A DNA stretch of 64,000 nt from an uncultured Alphaproteobacteria bacterium (GTDB lineage: Bacteria > Pseudomonadota > Alphaproteobacteria > SP197). Each line of letters begins with the position of its first letter. The first letter of the stretch is position 1. The stretch lies in contig OY282363.1 of NCBI GenBank assembly GCA_958295695.1, positions 1,113,156 to 1,177,155 on the forward strand, in the 5' to 3' direction. The position numbers were made by a program, and so were the translations under genes. The notes below the pieces were generated by a model, which did no database searches, had not been told where the DNA came from, and saw nothing but the letters and a program-made list of their open reading frames with translations. This document shows positions 48,876 to 59,351 of this stretch, in pieces.

Positions 48876-50036
48876 TCACGGCAGCGCGTCGGGCCAAGCC
48901 TCCGAGAGCTCCAGATAGAGGTCGATGTCGGCGTCGGTCATCGGAAACGAGACGGACGGTCCCGCGGACACGACGGCCTCCCAAACGCCGCGGTTGGCCA
49001 TGAAGATCCGCCGGGAACCGGACAGTTCCACGTCCATCGCGCGCACCGCGTCGGCGCCGCTGGCCGGCTCCTCCACGCCGTGGCGCCAGCCCGACCGGCT
49101 TTCCAGGCGAAGCGCCCGCCAGGGCGGCCCCCGGGCGTCGATGAGGTCCTGGACGCCCCGGGCCAGACGTCCGCCCAGGCGGCTCGCGCGGCGATAGGCT
49201 TCCTCGGTCAGGACGTGCTCCAGCGTCGCGCGGGCCGCGGCCATCGAGAGCGCGCCGCCGTAGAGCGTTCCGCTCGACGCGAACCCCGGCTCGTCGCCGG
49301 CGTGGTCGAACAGGTTGTCGTCCATCGGCCTCGCCAGGTCCTCGCCGAAGCCGTAGGCCCCGATGGGCACGCCGCCCGCGACGTTCTTGCCGACCGTCAC
49401 GATGTGCGGCCCGAGGCCCCACAGGCGCATGAGCCCACCGTAGGCGAACATGTGCGTATGGGCCTCGTCGGCGATCATCAGGGCGCCGTGGCGGTCGCAG
49501 GCCTCGCGCGGGCCCTCGAGGAATCCGTCCCGCGGAAGGACGAGCCCCACGTCGGTCGGCGCCGGCTCGACCATCGCGCAGGCGGTGTCGCCCCGCGCGA
49601 GGACGGCTTCGGCCGCCTCCGGGTCGTTGAACGGCGTCGCCGTCGTGTCGCGGGCGTGGTCCCTGGGCAGGCCCAGGGCGTGGGACCGGGGCGTTTCGTG
49701 GGCGTAGTCCACCAGGGTCTCGCCGATATGGCCGTGGTGGCTGCCGTCGAACATCGGGCCCCCTTCGCGGCCGGTCGCCATCCTGGCGAGCCGGATGGCC
49801 TCGGCGTTCGCCGAGGAGGACGACAGCGTGTACTGCCAGTGGCTCGGCCCGAACCGGCGGCCGAGCTCCTCCGAGACGCGGACCGCGTCCTCGACCGGCA
49901 GCAGGAACCGCGCGCCGTCCCGCATGCGGCGGGCCACCGCCTCGACGACGGCCGGCGCGCAGTAGCCCGATTCGACGCAAACCGGCATGTGGTGGACAAA
50001 GCCCCGCATCCAGGCCATGGGCACGCCCGACGGCAT
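48876..50036 (-). CDS. class III-fold PLP-dependent aminotransferase/aminomutase-like enzyme
   Basis: PLP-Lys context TVGKNVAGGVPIGAYG as in GSA-aminomutase. The N-terminus may be longer than the track start. Confidence 0.55.
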   Translation of the reverse strand: MPSGVPMAWMRGFVHHMPVCVESGYCAPAVVEAVARRMRDGARFLLPVEDAVRVSEELGRRFGPSHWQYTLSSSSANAEAIRLARMATGREGGPMFDGSHHGHIGETLVDYAHETPRSHALGLPRDHARDTTATPFNDPEAAEAVLARGDTACAMVEPAPTDVGLVLPRDGFLEGPREACDRHGALMIADEAHTHMFAYGGLMRLWGLGPHIVTVGKNVAGGVPIGAYGFGEDLARPMDDNLFDHAGDEPGFASSGTLYGGALSMAAARATLEHVLTEEAYRRASRLGGRLARGVQDLIDARGPPWRALRLESRSGWRHGVEEPASGADAVRAMDVELSGSRRIFMANRGVWEAVVSAGPSVSFPMTDADIDLYLELSEAWPDALP

Positions 50037-50199
50037 GCTCGCCGCGGCCCTGCGGAGAAGCTCGGCGGAACGGGGGCGGGACCGTTCGAAGCGCGCGGTC
50101 TCGCGCGCGGTCGGGTCGGCGATCTTCTACCGGTTTATCGCGGTCCTCCATGCGTCGCGTCGCCGCGGCCGGCCGCGCCTCCGGACGGGTCCCGGGCGG

Positions 50200-50862
50200 T
50201 CAGCCGAGGTAGCGCGCGAAGATGTCGAGCGTGCGCTCGCGGGCCAGCCGCGCCGAGGGCTCGTGCCAGGAGCCCCGTTCGTCGCAGGCGAAGCCGTGGC
50301 CGGCCGGATAGGTGAAGATCGCGGTCCCGGGGTGGCGCGCGGCGATGGCCTCGATGTTGGCGGCCGGGAAGGTGGCGTCCTTCTCGCCCAGCATCATGGT
50401 CATCGGGCGCTTTGGCGTCTCGTCGACGAAGTCGATGGTCATGGAGCCGTAGTAGCCGACGGCGCAGGCGACATCGAGGCGGGCCGCCGCGAGCCAGGCC
50501 AGCGCGCCGCCCCAGCAGTAGCCGACCGCGCCGACCCCGCCCGACCCGGCGACCGCGTCGCGGGCAGCGGCGATGTCGGCCATCGTCGCGTCGACCCCGA
50601 GGCCCGAGCGCAGGTCCCGGCCTCGCGCGGCTTCGTCGTCGCCGTAGCCCAGCTCGATTCCCGGTCCGATCCGGTCGTAGAGCGCGGGCGCGACCGTGTC
50701 GTAGCCTTCGGCCGCGAAGCCCTCGACCAGCGCGCGGATGTGTCCGTTGACCCCGAAGATCTCCTGCAGCAGCACGACCGCGCCCCGCGGCGCCTCCGGC
50801 GTCGAACGCCAGGCCCGGAGCCGGTGGCCGTCGGCCGCCTCCAACTCGATCCATTCGCCCAT
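50200..50862 (-). CDS. dienelactone hydrolase family protein
   Basis: 220 aa with a nucleophile elbow GYCWGG. Confidence 0.75.
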   Translation of the reverse strand: MGEWIELEAADGHRLRAWRSTPEAPRGAVVLLQEIFGVNGHIRALVEGFAAEGYDTVAPALYDRIGPGIELGYGDDEAARGRDLRSGLGVDATMADIAAARDAVAGSGGVGAVGYCWGGALAWLAAARLDVACAVGYYGSMTIDFVDETPKRPMTMMLGEKDATFPAANIEAIAARHPGTAIFTYPAGHGFACDERGSWHEPSARLARERTLDIFARYLG

Positions 50863-50987
50863 CGTTCGCTCCCCGGCGCGGACGCCGTCCGGTCCGGACC
50901 GTCTGGCGTCCATCCTAGGCGTTCTCGCTCCGCACGGAAACGCTCCGGCCTTCCTGTCCCGAGCTTGCCGAAGGGGACGGACCCGAT

Positions 50988-52088
50988 CTAGACGTTGAAG
51001 CGGAAGAGGAACACGTCGCCGTCTCCGACGCGGTAGTCGCGGCCCTCCAGGCGCATGCGGCCCGCCTGTTTCGCGCCCTGCTCGCCGTTGTGCGCCACGT
51101 AGTCGTCGTAGCAGATGGTCTCGGCGCGGATGAAGCCGCGCTCGAAATCGGTGTGCACCTCGCCCGCGGCCTGGGGCGCGGTCGAACCCTCGGTCACGGC
51201 CCAGGCCCGCGCCTCCTTCGGCCCCACCGTGAAGAAGGTGACGAGGCCGAGCAGGCGGTAGGCGGCGCGGATGACGCGGTCGAGGCCCGGCTCGCCGAGC
51301 CCGAGGGCCTTCAGGAAGACATCCCTCTCGTCCGCGGCCTCGATCTCGGCCAGCTCCGCTTCGATGCGCGCCGAGATCGCGACCGTCCGCGCGCCCTCCC
51401 GCGCGCCGCGCTCGGCCACCGCGCGGCTGTGCCCGTTGCCCCGGGCGGCGTCGACCTCGTCGACGTTGCAGACATAGAGCACCGGCTTGGCGGTCAGGAG
51501 CCGAAGCATGGCGAAACGTCCGGCCTCGTCGCCGACGAGACCGACGCCGCGGGCGGGCCTGCCCTCGCGCAGGGCGGCCAGCGCGCGCTCCATGACGGGC
51601 AGGTCCGCCCCGGCCTCGCGGTCGCCGGCCTTCGCCCGCTTGGAGGCCGCGTCGGCGCGCCTCTCGAGGCTTTCGAGATCGGCGAGTATGAGTTCGGTCC
51701 CGACCGTCTCGATGTCGCGCAGGGGATCGACCGAACCTTCGACATGGCCGACGTCGCCTCCCTCGAAGCAGCGCACCAGATGGAGGATGGCGTCGACTTC
51801 CCGGATATGGCCCAGGAACCGGTTGCCGAGCCCTTCGCCCCTGCTGGCGCCGCGCACCAGCCCCGCGATGTCGACGAACTCGATGTGGTTCCACACGACC
51901 TTCCGGGGCGCGGCGATCCTCGCCAGGGCCTCGAGCCTGGGGTCCGGCACGTTCACGCGGCCGACGTTGGGATCGACCGTGCAGAACGGGAAGTTGCCGA
52001 CCTGGGCCGCGCCGGTCGCGGTGAGCGCGTTGAAGAGCGTCGACTTGCCGACATTCGGCAGGCCGACGATGCCGACCCTAATGCCCAT
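50988..52088 (-). CDS. ychF: redox-regulated ribosome-binding ATPase YchF
   Basis: GIVGLPNVGKSTLFNALT, 366 aa. Confidence 0.9.
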   Translation of the reverse strand: MGIRVGIVGLPNVGKSTLFNALTATGAAQVGNFPFCTVDPNVGRVNVPDPRLEALARIAAPRKVVWNHIEFVDIAGLVRGASRGEGLGNRFLGHIREVDAILHLVRCFEGGDVGHVEGSVDPLRDIETVGTELILADLESLERRADAASKRAKAGDREAGADLPVMERALAALREGRPARGVGLVGDEAGRFAMLRLLTAKPVLYVCNVDEVDAARGNGHSRAVAERGAREGARTVAISARIEAELAEIEAADERDVFLKALGLGEPGLDRVIRAAYRLLGLVTFFTVGPKEARAWAVTEGSTAPQAAGEVHTDFERGFIRAETICYDDYVAHNGEQGAKQAGRMRLEGRDYRVGDGDVFLFRFNV

Positions 52089-52692
52089 CGGCCGCGCCCT
52101 TCCTTCCGTCCCCCGCGCCGTCCGGCGGCCTCGTCAGGTAGGCCACGCGGGTCTGGAACCTGTCGTCGGCCCCCGCGGCCAGCAGGGGCGCCGCATCCGC
52201 GATGGCGTCGAGCAGCGGGCCGATCCAGTCCCTGTCGGCCGCGCGGAAGTCGCTCAGGACGTGACCGGTCACCCGGTCCTTGTCGCCGGGATGGCCGACG
52301 CCGATGCGGACCCTCCTGTAGTCCGGCCCGAGGTGGGCGTGAATGCTGCGGACGCCGTTGTGGCCCGCGTGGCCGCCGCCCGATTTGGTCCTCACCTTGC
52401 CCGACGCGAGGTCGATCTCGTCGTGGAGCACGACGATGTCCGAGGGGTCGATCTTGAAGAAACGCGCGGCCGCGCCGACCGGGCGGCCGGAGTCGTTCAT
52501 CCAGGTCAGCGGCTTGAGCAGCAGGCTTTTCCGGTCGCCCATGCGTCCCTCGGCGGCCTCGCCATGGAAGCGCCGCCGCCAAGCGCCGAAACCGTGCATT
52601 CCGGCGATGCGCTCGACCGCCATGAAGCCGATGTTGTGCCGCTGGCGCGCATGCCCGGGCCCCGGATTGCCGAGCCCGACGAGCAGGAACAT
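52078..52692 (-). CDS. pth: peptidyl-tRNA hydrolase
   Basis: MFLLVGLGNPGPGHARQRHNIGF, 204 aa. Confidence 0.9.
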   Translation of the reverse strand: MFLLVGLGNPGPGHARQRHNIGFMAVERIAGMHGFGAWRRRFHGEAAEGRMGDRKSLLLKPLTWMNDSGRPVGAAARFFKIDPSDIVVLHDEIDLASGKVRTKSGGGHAGHNGVRSIHAHLGPDYRRVRIGVGHPGDKDRVTGHVLSDFRAADRDWIGPLLDAIADAAPLLAAGADDRFQTRVAYLTRPPDGAGDGRKGAADGH

Positions 52693-52720
52693 GGACCCGA
52701 CCCCCGCGCGCGGGGCGGCT

Positions 52721-53380
52721 TCAGGACCCGCCGTCGCCCTCGTCCCGGACCTCGCCGTCGTCCCCGGCCTCGTCCGCCGCCTCATCCTCCTCGGCCTCCT
52801 CGACCTCGGTGACGACGGTCGGCGCGGCGATGGTCGCGATCGTGAAGTCGCGGTCGTCGATGGTCGGGGCGACGCCTTCGGGCAGGGCGATGTCGCTGAT
52901 GTGGACGCTGTCGCCGATGTCGAGGCCGGCGAGATCGACCCCGATCGATTCCGGAATGGCCGTCGCCGGACAGCTCACCTCGACCTCGTGGCGAACGACG
53001 TTCAGCACGCCGCCGCGGGTGAGGCCCGTGCAGTCGTCCTCGTTGAGGAAGACCACGGGGATGTTCACGGTCAGCGTCGCGCCGGCCTTCACCGCCAGGA
53101 AATCGACGTGGAGGATGGCGTCGGTGACGGGGTGGAGCTGCAGGTCGCGCGCCAGCACGTCCATGGTCTCCCCGCCCACCTTCAGCTTGTAGAGCTGGGC
53201 GAAAAAGCCCGTCCGTCCGGCTTCGCGGTCGAGCGCGGCGCGCGCCACCGAGATCATGATGTTCTCGCGGTCCGCGCCGTAGACGACGCCGGGGATCATG
53301 CCATTCCGGCGCGCGGCGCGCGCGGCGCCCGTGCCCGCGGCGACGCGCGGCTCGGCCGCGATGGTGGCCTGTTCAGCCAT
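52721..53380 (-). CDS. rplY: 50S ribosomal protein L25 / general stress protein Ctc
   Basis: Ctc-type long L25 with an acidic C-terminus. Confidence 0.85.
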   Translation of the reverse strand: MAEQATIAAEPRVAAGTGAARAARRNGMIPGVVYGADRENIMISVARAALDREAGRTGFFAQLYKLKVGGETMDVLARDLQLHPVTDAILHVDFLAVKAGATLTVNIPVVFLNEDDCTGLTRGGVLNVVRHEVEVSCPATAIPESIGVDLAGLDIGDSVHISDIALPEGVAPTIDDRDFTIATIAAPTVVTEVEEAEEDEAADEAGDDGEVRDEGDGGS

Positions 53381-53411
53381 AACCTCCACCTCCTTCAGCA
53401 TCCCGCCCGTG

Positions 53412-54344
<933 letters not shown>

Positions 54345-54469
54345 GCGATGTCCCGCGACGCCCCCGCCACAAGGCGCAGCGGACTCTTAACAAGGAGGTC
54401 GCTGGCTGTAAACGCCGCCGCCTGTGGACACGGCCCGGCGGACGCGGACCGGACGGCCCGCGCCGGGCG

Positions 54470-55618
54470 TCACCGGCGCGCCCGCGCGGCGGCGCAGGCG
54501 ATCGCGAGGACAGAGATGGCGACCAGGGTCCACGGCAGGCCGGCGGGGCCCGCCATGCTCATCGCGACGCCGACCGCGAAGGGGCCGATGACGAACCCCA
54601 CATTGAAGAAGATCTGGAACACCGTCGTCGCCGCGCCCAGATCGACGCCCCGGAAACGGGCGCCGAGCATGATCAGGCCGATCGTGTAGAGGCTCATGAT
54701 GCCGCCGCCGACGAGCAGCGCCCATGCCCAGCGCAGCAGGGGGTCGCCGATGGCCCGGTCCATGAGGGCGAAGAGGACGCCCGTCAGCGCCATCACGACG
54801 ATCCCGAGCAGGCGGCGGTTCATGCGGTCGGCCAGCCAGCCGACCGGGTATTGCAGGAGACCTCCGGCGCTCAACAGGACCAGAAGCAGATAAGCGTCGT
54901 CGCGGGTCAGGCCGACGTCGACGCCGTAGACGGCCAGGAACGAGGCGAGCGAGCCGAAGCTGACGGCGACGGTCAGGTTGATCAGCATCGGCGTCGGCGC
55001 GACGAAGGCCAGCCCGATCATCGCGTGCGATGCCTGTCCGCGGAACGGCGGCGCCGCATGGACGGCCGTGGCGACCGTCGCGATGCAGACCGCGACGAGG
55101 CCCGCGACGATCAGGAACGGGGTCCATCCCGCGTGCCCGACGGCGTAGATGATGCCGAACCCCGCCATCGAGCCCGCCGCCGCTGCGACGCCGTAGGCCG
55201 CGAGGTTCCTGCCGCGGGCAGCCTCCTCGCTGGCTTCGTTGATCCAGGCCTCGCCGGCGATCCACAGGATGCCGGTCGACACGCCCAGCAAAAGGCGGAG
55301 CGCCAGCCAGTACCAGGCGTTCTCGTAGAGCGGGCACAGGAGGATGAAGACCAGGGTCGCGGCGAACCCCCAGATCATGGGGCGGGCCGGTCCATAGCGC
55401 CGCAGGATGCGCGGCGTGAACGGGGCGACCGCGAGCAGCGCGATCGACTGGGCGGCGGTGTTGACGCCGATGACCAGTTCGGAATAGCCGCCCTCGTCGA
55501 GCCGCGTCGAGAACAGCGGCAGCGACAGGCTGAAGATCGCGGAGGTGACGCCCATGGCCACGATCGTGGCGGCGAGGCCGTGGAGCCGCTCCGAACGGGA
55601 AAGGACGCGGTCTGTCAT
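54470..55618 (-). CDS. MFS transporter
   Basis: 382 aa, 12 TM. Confidence 0.75.
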   Translation of the reverse strand: MTDRVLSRSERLHGLAATIVAMGVTSAIFSLSLPLFSTRLDEGGYSELVIGVNTAAQSIALLAVAPFTPRILRRYGPARPMIWGFAATLVFILLCPLYENAWYWLALRLLLGVSTGILWIAGEAWINEASEEAARGRNLAAYGVAAAAGSMAGFGIIYAVGHAGWTPFLIVAGLVAVCIATVATAVHAAPPFRGQASHAMIGLAFVAPTPMLINLTVAVSFGSLASFLAVYGVDVGLTRDDAYLLLVLLSAGGLLQYPVGWLADRMNRRLLGIVVMALTGVLFALMDRAIGDPLLRWAWALLVGGGIMSLYTIGLIMLGARFRGVDLGAATTVFQIFFNVGFVIGPFAVGVAMSMAGPAGLPWTLVAISVLAIACAAARARR

Positions 55619-55673
55619 GAAGGTTCTTGTCTACCAGACCCCGCGGGGCCGCGACAGCATGGCCCGGCGGGGT

Positions 55674-55742
55674 TCAGATCATGAGGCAGCCGGCCAGGAC
55701 GCCCAGCGTCGTCATCGCCAGGAAGACGATCAGGTGGGGCAT
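55674..55742 (-). CDS. candidate 22-aa hydrophobic micro-protein (MPHLIVFLAMTTLGVLAGCLMI)
   Basis: ATG...TGA frame between the M24 peptidase gene and the MFS gene, single TM-like. No homology assertion is possible. Confidence 0.2.
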   Translation of the reverse strand: MPHLIVFLAMTTLGVLAGCLMI

Positions 55743-55746
55743 CGCC

Positions 55747-56925
55747 TCAGCGCGTCACGAGGTCGAGCGGGGCGCGGTGGAGCGGCTCGCATCCCCGCCG
55801 CGTGACCGACACGCTGCGGCCCAGCGCCATGCCGTGGCCGTTCTCGCTGTTCGCCAGGATCATGTGCAGGAAGAAGACCATGTTGGGTTCGATCGCGACC
55901 GGGTTGCCATGGAAGAACATGGGCCAGTCCATCCAGTTGGGCGGGAAGGTCGCGCCCATGGAATAGCCGCAGGCGTTGAGGCGGTGATCGCGGAAGCCGT
56001 GCTCGTCCATGACGCGCGCATGGGCGTCGAAGACGTCGCCCATGGTCGATCCGGGCCTGACCGTCTCCTCGCAGGCCGAGAGCGCCTCGCGGCACGCCTC
56101 GTACATCGCCTTGTGGTCCTCGTCGGGGTCGCCGAGGAGGATCGTGAGCATCTGGGCGGTATGGTAGTGCCGGTAGGACGCGGCGTACTCCAGCATCAGT
56201 TGGTCCCTGGCCTCGAGATGGCGGCGGCCCGTGTGGTAGCGCACCAGCAGCGCCGAAGGTCCGGACCCGACGATCCAGTGGCCGGCCGGATAGTCACCGT
56301 CGCCGGAGAAGACCGCGCCCTGCATGGCCGCCAGGATATCGCCGGTAAAGACGCCCGCCCTGGCCGTGTCGCGCGCGGCCCGATGCGCCTCGTCGCCCAG
56401 TTCCGCCGCGTTCTTCATGAAGGCGAGCTCGGCCGGGCTTTTGACGAGCCGCAACCGGGTCACGAGGTCGGAGGCGTTCCGGATCTCGCAGAAGCCGTCC
56501 AGCCTCGGTTTCAACCGCTCCCAATGGGCCGCCGTCAGGCCGTAGGCGTCCGTCTCCACGCCGACGCGCTTGCCAGCGAGCCCCATCCCGGCTGCCATGT
56601 CCTTCAACTCGCCGTAGGGGTCGGCCGTGTCGCTGTCGACCCAGACGCGCACATCCTCGACGATCGAGGTGTAGGCCGCTTGGCGCAGATCCGGAGAACG
56701 GGTGAGCAGGGCGAGCCCGCCGTCTCCGGTCAGCACGAGGCACTGGAACATGACGAAACCCGTCGTGTCGTAGCCCGTGAGGTAGTACATGCTCTCTTGG
56801 CGGAACATGAGGAGGCCGTCGAACCCGTTGTCGGCCATGGCCCGCCGCGTGCGCGCGAGGCGCTCGTCGTATTCGCCGCGGGCAAAGTGCAGAACCATGA
56901 TCGCCTCCCGGGTCTCCGGCCGCAT
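55747..56925 (-). CDS. M24 family metallopeptidase (Xaa-Pro aminopeptidase/creatinase-like)
   Basis: 392 aa with a creatinase_N plus pita-bread domain. Confidence 0.75.
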   Translation of the reverse strand: MRPETREAIMVLHFARGEYDERLARTRRAMADNGFDGLLMFRQESMYYLTGYDTTGFVMFQCLVLTGDGGLALLTRSPDLRQAAYTSIVEDVRVWVDSDTADPYGELKDMAAGMGLAGKRVGVETDAYGLTAAHWERLKPRLDGFCEIRNASDLVTRLRLVKSPAELAFMKNAAELGDEAHRAARDTARAGVFTGDILAAMQGAVFSGDGDYPAGHWIVGSGPSALLVRYHTGRRHLEARDQLMLEYAASYRHYHTAQMLTILLGDPDEDHKAMYEACREALSACEETVRPGSTMGDVFDAHARVMDEHGFRDHRLNACGYSMGATFPPNWMDWPMFFHGNPVAIEPNMVFFLHMILANSENGHGMALGRSVSVTRRGCEPLHRAPLDLVTR

Positions 56926-56965
56926 CCTGCCAACACATCGCGCAAGCGGCCACCGGGAATTCAGG

Positions 56966-57394
56966 TCATGGCGAACCGCATCCAGATAAACGCGGCATAG
57001 CCCGGCAGGAAGAGGGCGCCGAGGCGCGGCCGATGCGGCGGCGCGCGACCGGCGCCACGAAACAGGCGGTCGGCGCGAGCATGGCGGCCATGGCGAAGCG
57101 CACGTCCGCTCCGCCGGCGTCGACCGGCGTCACGACGGCCACGACGCCCAGGAGGTTGAACAGGTTGCCGCCGAGGACGTTGCCAAGCGCGAGGTCGGCA
57201 TGGCCGAGCAGGGCCGTTTCGATGCTGACGAGAAGCTCCGGCGCGGACGTTCCGAACCCCACGAGGATCACGCCGACGGCGATTTCCGAGCCCCCGAGGC
57301 GACGGGCCAGGGCGGAGCCGCCGCGGACCAGGGCCTCTCCGCCGAGGAAGAGCGGGACGAATCCGGAAACGGTCGGGACGAGAGGCATGAACAT
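56966..57394 (-). pseudogene. truncated Na+/Ca2+ exchanger (CaCA, Na_Ca_ex) N-terminal fragment
   Basis: MFMPLVPTVSGFVPLFLGGEALVRGGSALARRLGGSEIAVGVILVGFGTSAPELLVSIETALLGHADLALGNVLGGNLFNLLGVVAV is an alpha-1 repeat only, after which hydrophobicity is lost. Full-length family members are about 320 aa. Confidence 0.4.
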
Positions 57395-57498
57395 TCCGGC
57401 GAAGGACCCGGTCGGTCCCTTGTAACTGGCGCGAAGGACCGCCGATGTGAAGGGTCGGCCATCGGCCCGCGCGGTGTCCCGCGACCGGAACCGGGGAT

Positions 57499-58269
57499 TC
57501 AGTCGTGTGGAGCCAGGCCGATCGTGGCGATCTGGCGGCCGTAGTCCGGTTCGCCGCGCAAGACGCCGCGGCGGTAGCTGAAGAAGCGGTCCTCCAGGGC
57601 GCAGGTGTCGTGGCCCGTCCATGCGGGATCGCCGACCCCACCGAGCTTCGCGCGTTTGAGCGCATAACCCGGCAGGTCGAAGCGGCGATGGCCGTCGCGG
57701 TCCGCCGGAACGAAGAAGCGGTCGTTGTCCGGGTCGGCGGCGACGAACCGCGCATGGAACTCCGGCCCGACCTCGTAGGACGGCTGGGCGATACAGGGCC
57801 CGACTTCGGCGACGATGCGCCGGCGGCTGGCGCCGAGGGCCTCCATCGCCGCGACGGTCGCCTCGATGACGCCGCGGAGCGCTCCGCCCCAGCCCGCGTG
57901 GGCCGCGCCCACGACGCCGGCGGCGGGATCGGCGAACAGGACCGGCGCGCAGTCGGCCGTGAGCACGCCGAGCGCCAGGTCGGGCCGGTCGGTGACCATC
58001 GCGTCCGCCCGCCGTCCCGCCGCGTCGCGGGCGCGGGTCACCGTGACCACATCGTCGCCATGGACCTGGTGGAGCGTAAGCAGGCGCTCCGCCTCGACGC
58101 CCTGGGACGCCGCGACCCGACGGCGGTTCTCGATCACGCGGTCGCGCCGGTCGCCCGAACCGAACCCGACGTTGAGGGAGGCGAAGAGGCCGCCGCTGAC
58201 CCCGCCCGTCCTGCCGAAGAAGGCATGGCGCACGCCGGGGCAGGCGGAGAGCCGGCGCGATTCGATCAC
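57499..58269 (-). CDS. pgeF: peptidoglycan editing factor PgeF (YfiH/DUF152 laccase-domain protein)
   Basis: GTG start VIESRRLSACPGVRHAFFGRTGG, 257 aa. Confidence 0.8.
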   Translation of the reverse strand: MIESRRLSACPGVRHAFFGRTGGVSGGLFASLNVGFGSGDRRDRVIENRRRVAASQGVEAERLLTLHQVHGDDVVTVTRARDAAGRRADAMVTDRPDLALGVLTADCAPVLFADPAAGVVGAAHAGWGGALRGVIEATVAAMEALGASRRRIVAEVGPCIAQPSYEVGPEFHARFVAADPDNDRFFVPADRDGHRRFDLPGYALKRAKLGGVGDPAWTGHDTCALEDRFFSYRRGVLRGEPDYGRQIATIGLAPHD

Positions 58270-59351
58270 GACGCGGCTCCCTCGAAGCCGGGCGGCGCGG
58301 GAAAGGGCGACGGCGTGAGGGCCATGACCCGGAAAGAGTCTCCCATGCCCGCGGGCGAGACAAGGCGGCGGTGGGCGGCGGAAATCGCGTCGGCCTGTCC
58401 GGAGGACGCCGACCGCGCCAGACGCCGTGCGCGACGGTCGACGCCGAGCGCCCGGAGGAAGGCGCCCTGGGCGACCGGTCCGTGGACGCCCGCGCCGGCG
58501 AGGCGGGCCTCGCGGGCGAGGTCGGCGAAGTCGACGGCCGAGGCCAGGTCCGTCTCGCCGGGCGATCCCAGCCGGTCCGCCCTGTCGTGCGCGCGCACCG
58601 CCTGCAGCGTGTCGGCAAGCGGCAGGCGCGGATCGGTGAAGTCGATCAGAAGCGCCGCTCCGCCGTCGCGGACGATGCGCCGGGCGAGGCCGGACACGAA
58701 GGTCCGGCGCGCGCGGCCGACCTCGGCGATGCGTCCGGCCGGGGCCTCGGGAAGACGGGCCACGAGCTCCCCGGCCGCCGTCGTCGCCGCGAGCGAGAAC
58801 GCAAGGCCGCCCCGCTCCGTCGCGACGAACCGCTCGCGCCATCCGCGCGACGTGGCGACGAACTGCCGGATCGGCAGGGCGTCGAGGAACTCGTTGGCGA
58901 CGACGAAGAGGGGCTCGCCCGTGGGGAGCGTCTCCGCCGTCGCATGCCAGGTCGCGTCCCGGCCGGCGAGGCTCGCGCGCTGGGCTTCCCGCAGCGCCGG
59001 GCTCGCCTCGACGAGATGGACGGCGACGGAAGGCGGCCCGTTCCCGGCCTTGCCGACGGCCCGGAGCGCGTCGGCCATCAGGGTGCCGCGTCCGGGTCCG
59101 AGCTCCGCCAGCGTCAACGGGCCGGAAACGGCCTGCGTCGTCCGGGCGGCGAGGCACCACAGGCCGATCAGCTCGCCGAACATCTGGCTGATCTCGGGCG
59201 CCGTGGTGAAGTCGCCCGCGGCGCCGAAGGGGTCGCGCGTCGTGTAGTAGCCGTGCTCGGGATCGAGCAGGCAGGCGGTCATGTAGTCTTCGACGGTCAG
59301 CGGACCCGACCGCGCGATGCGCCGGGCCAGCTTGCGCGCCAGCGCGGTCAC
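58266..59351 (-). CDS. class I SAM-dependent methyltransferase, MidA/NDUFAF7-like (DUF185)
   Basis: 361 aa ...GPLTVEDYMTACLLDPEHGYYTTRDPFGAAGDFTTAPEISQMFGEL.... The giant 1360-aa track ORF is an artefact. Confidence 0.7.
   Translation of the reverse strand: MTALARKLARRIARSGPLTVEDYMTACLLDPEHGYYTTRDPFGAAGDFTTAPEISQMFGELIGLWCLAARTTQAVSGPLTLAELGPGRGTLMADALRAVGKAGNGPPSVAVHLVEASPALREAQRASLAGRDATWHATAETLPTGEPLFVVANEFLDALPIRQFVATSRGWRERFVATERGGLAFSLAATTAAGELVARLPEAPAGRIAEVGRARRTFVSGLARRIVRDGGAALLIDFTDPRLPLADTLQAVRAHDRADRLGSPGETDLASAVDFADLAREARLAGAGVHGPVAQGAFLRALGVDRRARRLARSASSGQADAISAAHRRLVSPAGMGDSFRVMALTPSPFPAPPGFEGAAS

Noticed and set aside
55747-56925. M24 peptidase as the missing DoeA ectoine hydrolase of the 15-27 kb locus
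   Set aside because: It is 30 kb away in an unrelated housekeeping neighbourhood, and the M24 family is very broad. There is no positional evidence linking it to the locus.
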